Part shown: positions 59,789 through 64,000 of the stretch, piece after piece | How positions within the stretch are numbered: position 1 is the stretch's first letter | How the letters are laid out: the number at the start of each line of letters is the position of its first letter | From: Escherichia phage ECCR664 | Length of the DNA: 64,000 nt | Sequence record: OL631257.1 | Strand: one strand, 5' to 3' | Notes under the pieces: model-generated | Databases searched by the model: none | What the model saw: only the letters and a program-made list of their open reading frames with translations | What the model was told of the DNA's origin: nothing | Made by a program: the position numbers and the translations under genes

Positions 59789-60382
59789 TTATTTCAAAGA
59801 GTTAATATATTCTTGTACATCGGCAGAAGTGGTTTCGACACCGGCTGGAGTACCATTGAACGTTTCAACACGAGTCAGAGTGTCTTCGATATCAACCTTA
59901 GTCAGTGCAGCAATTTCAATCACATCATCAGCCGTAGAGATACCAAGGGCATTGGCTGCTCGAGTTTCACGAATGTATTCGAGTTTGATTGCCAGATTCT
60001 GACGAGCATCATCAAGTTCAACCACCTTACGAGCAATTTCAATTCGCATAGCGGCATACCCGTCAGCTTTTGTATTAAGTTGTTCGGCAGTTCGACGATA
60101 CAAAAGACCAAGCTTAGCATGCATGGTAACATCTTGTCCTTCAGCCAGGAGCTTACGAATTTCACGTTCCTTAGAAGCGGCTTGCTTATTCTTTTCAATA
60201 ACAAGTTCGCGAATACGTTTTTCTTCATTAATAGATTTAACAGAAGCCGTTTTTAGTTCTTTGATTTGGGTAATCAACTTATCTGCAGCTGCGTTATACT
60301 GTTCTTCGACAGTCAGATTTTTAGCCATAGCAGTACCCAGTTTAGTGCGGATGAATTCAACAAGTTTCTTCAGTGTGTTCAT
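59789..60382 (-). CDS. PspA/IM30-like coiled-coil protein
   Basis: ORF 59789..60397, start at ATG 60382; about 197 aa of heptad-rich sequence with the periodicity of PspA/Vipp1 proteins; by-eye only. Confidence 0.4.
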   Translation of the reverse strand: MNTLKKLVEFIRTKLGTAMAKNLTVEEQYNAAADKLITQIKELKTASVKSINEEKRIRELVIEKNKQAASKEREIRKLLAEGQDVTMHAKLGLLYRRTAEQLNTKADGYAAMRIEIARKVVELDDARQNLAIKLEYIRETRAANALGISTADDVIEIAALTKVDIEDTLTRVETFNGTPAGVETTSADVQEYINSLK

Positions 60383-60423
60383 ATTATTACCTTTCAATTG
60401 GTGGTTTATTATCCAACGAGAGT

Positions 60424-60453
60424 ATTATACTCTGCTCTAAAGAGTTTGTACAC
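60424..60453 (-). promoter_or_regulatory. early-type promoter
   Basis: Minus strand GTGTAC - spacer - TATAAT inside the conserved block also seen at 30551..30597. Confidence 0.45.
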
Positions 60454-60701
60454 TTATTTGTACGAATTAATAATCTCTTCCATTTTATCCAGAACATGGA
60501 TATCGATTATACGAGGAAGTGCCGAAAGATTAGAACCGTCGAAAGATTTAAGGTCTTCCAAAATAATATTTTCAATGGCCTTTAAAGCTTCCGCAGATTC
60601 TGACGCAGAATTAAATTCAGGAATTTCTCCAAAAGACGTAAGAATGAACCAAAGTATTCTGCGGCGATTTCTTTAGCTTGTTCGATATCAGACTTAAACA
60701 T
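60454..60701 (-). CDS. small hypothetical protein; apparent frameshift
   Basis: Not in ORF track as one piece; ATG at 60701 with RBS GAGGAAA (MFKSDIEQAKEIAAEYF...). Confidence 0.3.
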
Positions 60702-60728
60702 TTTGTTTTCCTCATTTGTTGGTGGAGT

Positions 60729-60759
60729 AATCATATCACCATCCTTGGCGTTTGTACAT
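60729..60759 (-). promoter_or_regulatory. early-type promoter
   Basis: Minus strand ATGTAC - spacer containing CCAAGGATGG - TATGAT. Confidence 0.4.
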
Positions 60760-60985
60760 TATTTTTAATCAAGTTGACATAAAATTCTGCATCTTCAGGG
60801 TGCATGCCTTCACAGTATTCTTCAACCATGAACTTCTTAACAGCTTCATAAGGACCACTCAGATTAAGCTCAGTTGTCCAGAACTTGGAATCTTGGACCG
60901 AATCGATACGAACGTCAGGGTGACGGTTGCGAATAACTTCTTCGGTGTATTCATAATCAACGACATCAATACTAACTGTAGCCAT
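60731..60985 (-). CDS. hypothetical acidic protein (84 aa)
   Basis: ORF only. Confidence 0.3.
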   Translation of the reverse strand: MATVSIDVVDYEYTEEVIRNRHPDVRIDSVQDSKFWTTELNLSGPYEAVKKFMVEEYCEGMHPEDAEFYVNLIKNNVQTPRMVI

Positions 60986-61032
60986 TTTGTTTTCCTCTTG
61001 ATTTGATGTGATTACTATAACATAAACTTACT

Positions 61033-61196
61033 TAGATGTAAATTATTTCAACGTCACCTTTAGCGGCTTTATAACCTTCAGCCCAAGATACAACAGAGTT
61101 TTTATCTGAGGATTCAAATTCAGGCATTGGACTTTCACCAATATTCACACAGTATGTTTCTTCATTTTCATCGAACCAAATAATTAAAGTAGTCAT
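61033..61196 (-). CDS. small hypothetical protein (about 54 aa)
   Basis: Not in ORF track; MTTLIIWFDENEETYCVNIGESPMPEFESSDKNSVVSWAEGYKAAKGDVE... Confidence 0.3.
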
Positions 61197-61215
61197 TTTG
61201 TTTACTCCTTTGTAG

Positions 61216-61245
61216 TTGATAAGTCTATAGTATCACCATCCTTGG
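61216..61245 (-). promoter_or_regulatory. early-type promoter
   Basis: Minus strand ATGTAC - spacer containing CCAAGGATGG - TACTAT. Confidence 0.45.
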
Positions 61246-61277
61246 TGCTTGTACATCATTATTTTAATTTTTCCAAC

Positions 61278-61567
61278 TTAACAACTTGTAGTATCCTTCA
61301 TTCGTACGTGGTTTATCCCAAAAATACTAATATATGATTCGCTGTCAATAGAAGTCGCCGGGTTTTTCTCTACCGTAAGACCTTCACTTTCCAGCCATTC
61401 AATAGTATTTGCGCATAAATCAGAAGAACACCTCATCGGGAACCGGCAAGATTTTTCACCTTTAGCTGCAGTGTTATACATCTTTTCTAAAATACGCTTT
61501 TGCACGTTTTTAAAAATAGTTTCAGCAGATTCTTCAGATTTTTATTCAGTTCAGTGTAAAGACTCAT
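61278..61567 (-). CDS. hypothetical protein; apparent frameshift
   Basis: ATG at 61567 (MSLYTELNK...) joins ORF 61278..61505. Confidence 0.3.
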
Positions 61568-61594
61568 ACTATTCTCCTCATGTTTTAATAGGAC

Positions 61595-61624
61595 TATAGT
61601 AACACATCCAGGGAAGAAGTAAAC
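61595..61624 (-). promoter_or_regulatory. T4 early-type promoter
   Basis: Minus strand GTTTAC - 18 nt - TACTAT. Confidence 0.5.
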
Positions 61625-61646
61625 AACTTTTTCAGTAAGTTATAGA

Positions 61647-61671
61647 CCCCTAAAGGGGCCCGAAGGTCCCC
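61647..61671 (-). terminator. rho-independent terminator
   Basis: Hairpin GGGGCC-CGAA-GGTCCC(C) followed on the minus strand by UUUAGGGG; sister element at 43231..43257. Confidence 0.55.
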
Positions 61672-61679
61672 ATTCTTTA

Positions 61680-62295
61680 CTTACGAGTTTTTGCATACTG
61701 AGCAGCGTCAGCAGCCAAACGACCTGCCTGACGAAGTTTTTCTTTAATCGCATCGTGAAGTGGTTGAGTATACTTCAAACCTTCGATAGTCAAATAAAGA
61801 CGATAAAGGTCTGGGGTATCAAGGTTGTTGATATGTTGGCCATTACGAAGACTGTTGAATTCACGAACGAGTGAAGATGTATCGGATTCAATATCACGAA
61901 CAAGCGAAGATAGTTGTTTATATTTTTTTCCAGGCTAGAAGTATCAAACTTAAGAGCAGGAGCTTTAGGAGTTGCTTTTACTTCCGGCTTAGGCTCAGGT
62001 TTTGCTTTAGGGGCCGCAGGTTTAGGAACGGTAGGAGCAGGTTTTACTTTAGGCGAACCCGATTTAGCAGAAACACCACCACTAACAATATCTTTGAATG
62101 CTTTAGAAGCTCTGTAATATTCTTTTGGGTGGAAGTGTCGATACCGTACATGGCTTGAACGTTTTTGAAAAACTCTGTACTAGTTTTTGTACCAGAAATA
62201 GCATCGTAAGCAGCTTGCCATTTCTCTTTTGTCATACGTACACCGGCTTCGGTGATTACTTCCGTTTCGGCTAAAAATTCATTAAAAGTATACAT
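61680..62295 (-). CDS. internal-protein-like capsid-targeted protein with Pro/Ala/Lys-rich linker; apparent frameshift
   Basis: ORF 62044..62295 starts MYTFNEFLAETEV (capsid-targeting-sequence-like); continues in another frame through PKVKPAPTVPKPAAPKAKPEPKPEVKATPKAP to a structured C-terminus; late promoter upstream. Confidence 0.45.
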
Positions 62296-62330
62296 TGATG
62301 GTCCTTAGAAAGTGGGTTTATTGTTTACTA

Positions 62331-62338
62331 TATTTATA
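62331..62338 (-). promoter_or_regulatory. T4-type late promoter (TATAAATA)
   Basis: Plus tatttata about 36 nt upstream of the ATG at 62295, abutting the terminator U-run. Confidence 0.55.
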
Positions 62339-62339
62339 C

Positions 62340-62367
62340 AAAAAGCCCCAACCTTTCGGAAGGGGCT
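62340..62367 (-). terminator. rho-independent terminator closing the tRNA/small-RNA transcription unit
   Basis: Same hairpin as at 46383..46404 followed on the minus strand by UUUUU. Confidence 0.6.
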
Positions 62368-62369
62368 AT

Positions 62370-62665
62370 ATACCTTGTCGGGGTTTCCACCTACTAAGGC
62401 AAGTGTTTGTACGAAACGCCGGGATTCGAACCCGGTTATTAAGCAGTTGACGCTACTCAATATTTTTAAAGGCCATATCTCGACCATATCCGAACGTTCC
62501 GTCAAAAACGCTACTCGGCTTACGGCAAAGATATTTCCTCGAATCGATAATTCTGTGCGCCGTTTCTGCTGTGATGTAAGGGGATATTAACGAATCATAA
62601 AGATTTATTAAGACCAGTCCTTACTCAGGGAACATCAGTCCGACGACTTGCCGGTAGCGACCCGG
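62370..62665 (-). ncRNA. candidate stable small RNA(s) with tRNA-like 3' T-arm (T4 rnaC/rnaD position)
   Basis: About 290 nt with no credible ORF, between a tRNA-adjacent ORF and the terminator; 3' part contains CCGGGTTCGAATCCCGG (T-stem/loop) but no complete cloverleaf could be drawn. Confidence 0.35.
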
Positions 62666-62669
62666 CTTC

Positions 62670-63014
62670 TTATTTTGACATATCATCAATTTGTTCTCTA
62701 CGTCTACGCCATAGATTAATTACTTCATCAACACATTCGGCGTTTGATATATGACGGCAATAATATAATGATTCGCGTTTCTGGAACCGATGTTGCAATG
62801 GGATTTCGTTTAAAAGGTCTTTACGGTCAAAGTATTCAAAACTAGTTAACCCAGAACGGTTTTTAAGGAACTTCCAATGACCAAATTCATTTTGAACATA
62901 GACGTAATCGGCATGCTGATACAGCGAATTAATTAACCTATCGGAAATAACTGTTTCACGTTCGTTAAAATAAAACGTTAAATCATGAACTACCAGATAA
63001 ACATTGCCTTTCAT
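62670..63014 (-). CDS. hypothetical protein inside the tRNA region
   Basis: ORF 62670..63062 uses a TTG that overlaps tRNA-Arg; likely start ATG 63014 with RBS GAGGAAA (MKGNVYLVVHD...); no GIY-YIG or HNH motif. Confidence 0.35.
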   Translation of the reverse strand: MKGNVYLVVHDLTFYFNERETVISDRLINSLYQHADYVYVQNEFGHWKFLKNRSGLTSFEYFDRKDLLNEIPLQHRFQKRESLYYCRHISNAECVDEVINLWRRRREQIDDMSK

Positions 63015-63032
63015 ATTTTCCTCACTTAAAGT

Positions 63033-63109
<77 letters not shown>

Positions 63110-63115
63110 AATATA

Positions 63116-63189
63116 TGACCCAGACCAGATTCGAACTGGTAACCTTTCCCTTATGAGGGGACTGCTGCTAACCATTGAGCTACAGGGCC
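63116..63189 (-). tRNA. tRNA with CAT anticodon (Ile2/Met-type); irregular D-arm
   Basis: GGCCCTGTAGCTCAATGGTTAGCAGCAGTCCCCTCATAAGGGAAAGGTTACCAGTTCGAATCTGGTCTGGGTCA: T-arm ACCAG-TTCGAAT-CTGGT and anticodon loop CTCATAA are clear; D-stem 3' strand reads GCAG instead of GAGC and the acceptor has one mismatch, so possibly a sequence error or a degenerate gene. Confidence 0.55.
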
Positions 63190-63423
63190 TAAATAACTTT
63201 CTATTATGAAAGGCACTTTAGAGCACCTTTGGTAATAGAGGATATGAATTAATAATAACACATAATTCTTAAAGCAAATCAACCATTTTAACGGTCGGCA
63301 AAACGATTTCTTCTTCAATATAAGCAAATTCGACACGTTCAACTACACGCAAGAAATCGTAATCGTAGTATTCAGAAGCGTAGCCAAGAATATCAATAAG
63401 ACCTTGAGATATCTCATCGCCTT

Positions 63424-63783
63424 TCACAAAGAACAGGTCGAATACACGTGATTCATCTTCTTCAGATTTATTACCGAGGTCGACTTCGATACCAAAGACC
63501 TTTTAATGAATTCCGGATAAAGCTGGTCTGAGAACAGTCCTTCAACCAAGTATTCATAGATTAAAAGCGAGCAATCACTGAATGGTGTATTACCACAATA
63601 ACGTTCGGCTTTGGTGCTAGAATGACGGCTCTTAAATTTCTTCAAGAGATATTTAAACTGTTGGAGCTCATGCTCTTCCACTTCAAACAATGTTTTGGTT
63701 TTATAGTTGTCACCATCATTTTCATAGGTAGTGACATCAATTACGTAACCCTTAGGAATTGTACTGCCTAAACAAATATTCAT
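63424..63783 (-). CDS. hypothetical protein (119 aa)
   Basis: ORF only; not examined in detail. Confidence 0.25.
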   Translation of the reverse strand: MNICLGSTIPKGYVIDVTTYENDGDNYKTKTLFEVEEHELQQFKYLLKKFKSRHSSTKAERYCGNTPFSDCSLLIYEYLVEGLFSDQLYPEFIKRSLVSKSTSVINLKKMNHVYSTCSL

Positions 63784-63787
63784 TTAC

Positions 63788-63988
63788 TCACCGTACCATA
63801 TTAATGTAATTATATTCAATGCAACGTAATTTCAAAGGATTCTTGAAAATATCATATTCAAGAGGACCTTTTTCTGTTTCAATAAAGAAATCAAAGTTCA
63901 CACTATTAAATTTGCGGTCTTCCCAAAGTAATTTAACCTGTGAAGATGAACGGTCGATGTAAACCTTTTCAACTTCAAAGTGGGTCAA
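63788..63988 (-). CDS. hypothetical protein (66 aa)
   Basis: ORF only. Confidence 0.25.
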   Translation of the reverse strand: MTHFEVEKVYIDRSSSQVKLLWEDRKFNSVNFDFFIETEKGPLEYDIFKNPLKLRCIEYNYINMVR

Positions 63989-64000
63989 AATACCATAGTA

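Noticed and set aside
63151-63342. 63-aa minus-strand ORF
   Set aside because: Overlaps the hand-folded tRNA(CAT) gene; the ORF is read through a structural RNA.

Overview
This window is a T4-like (T-even, Tevenvirinae-type) myovirus early/replication region, with essentially every gene on the minus strand. It is collinear with the T4 segment modA/modB - soc - 56 - 61 - sp - dmd - 41 - 40 - uvsX - 42 - 43 - regA - 62 - 44 - 45 - rpbA - 46 - 47 - 55 - nrdH/nrdG/nrdD - 49 - nrdC - rI - tk - vs - regB - denV - internal proteins - e - nudE - small RNA/tRNA cluster. Core genes were recognised by residue-level similarity to T4 proteins recalled from memory; no database search was run. Three things stand out. 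(1) Many essential genes (43, 41, uvsX, 46, 55, nrdD, nrdG, tk, regB, denV and others) are split by single-base frameshifts; the two sites checked base-by-base are one-base losses in A/T homopolymers, so most are probably sequencing indels rather than pseudogenes. Merged gene coordinates are therefore approximate. (2) The T4 alpha-gt and beta-gt glucosyltransferase genes are absent. In their place, flanking a divergent gene-42 dCMP hydroxymethylase, is a non-T4 cluster: a SIS-domain arabinose-5-phosphate isomerase, a sugar-1-phosphate nucleotidyltransferase, an APH-fold sugar kinase, a HAD phosphatase, a U32-family protein, a P-loop dNMP-kinase-like protein and a 299-aa unassigned protein. This reads as a pathway making an NDP-pentose (most simply NDP-D-arabinose) to glycosylate hmC DNA, and is the most interesting candidate system in the window. 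(3) The accessory islands hold several unassigned modules: two Pol-beta-type nucleotidyltransferases (one paired with a membrane protein), a small Tpt1/KptA-like fragment, a PspA-like protein, a GrcA-like glycyl-radical protein with a host-like C-terminus, three capsid-targeting-sequence internal proteins, and two small paralog families with conserved C-terminal tails. T4-type early promoters, late promoters (TATAAATA) and UUCG-tetraloop terminators recur throughout.
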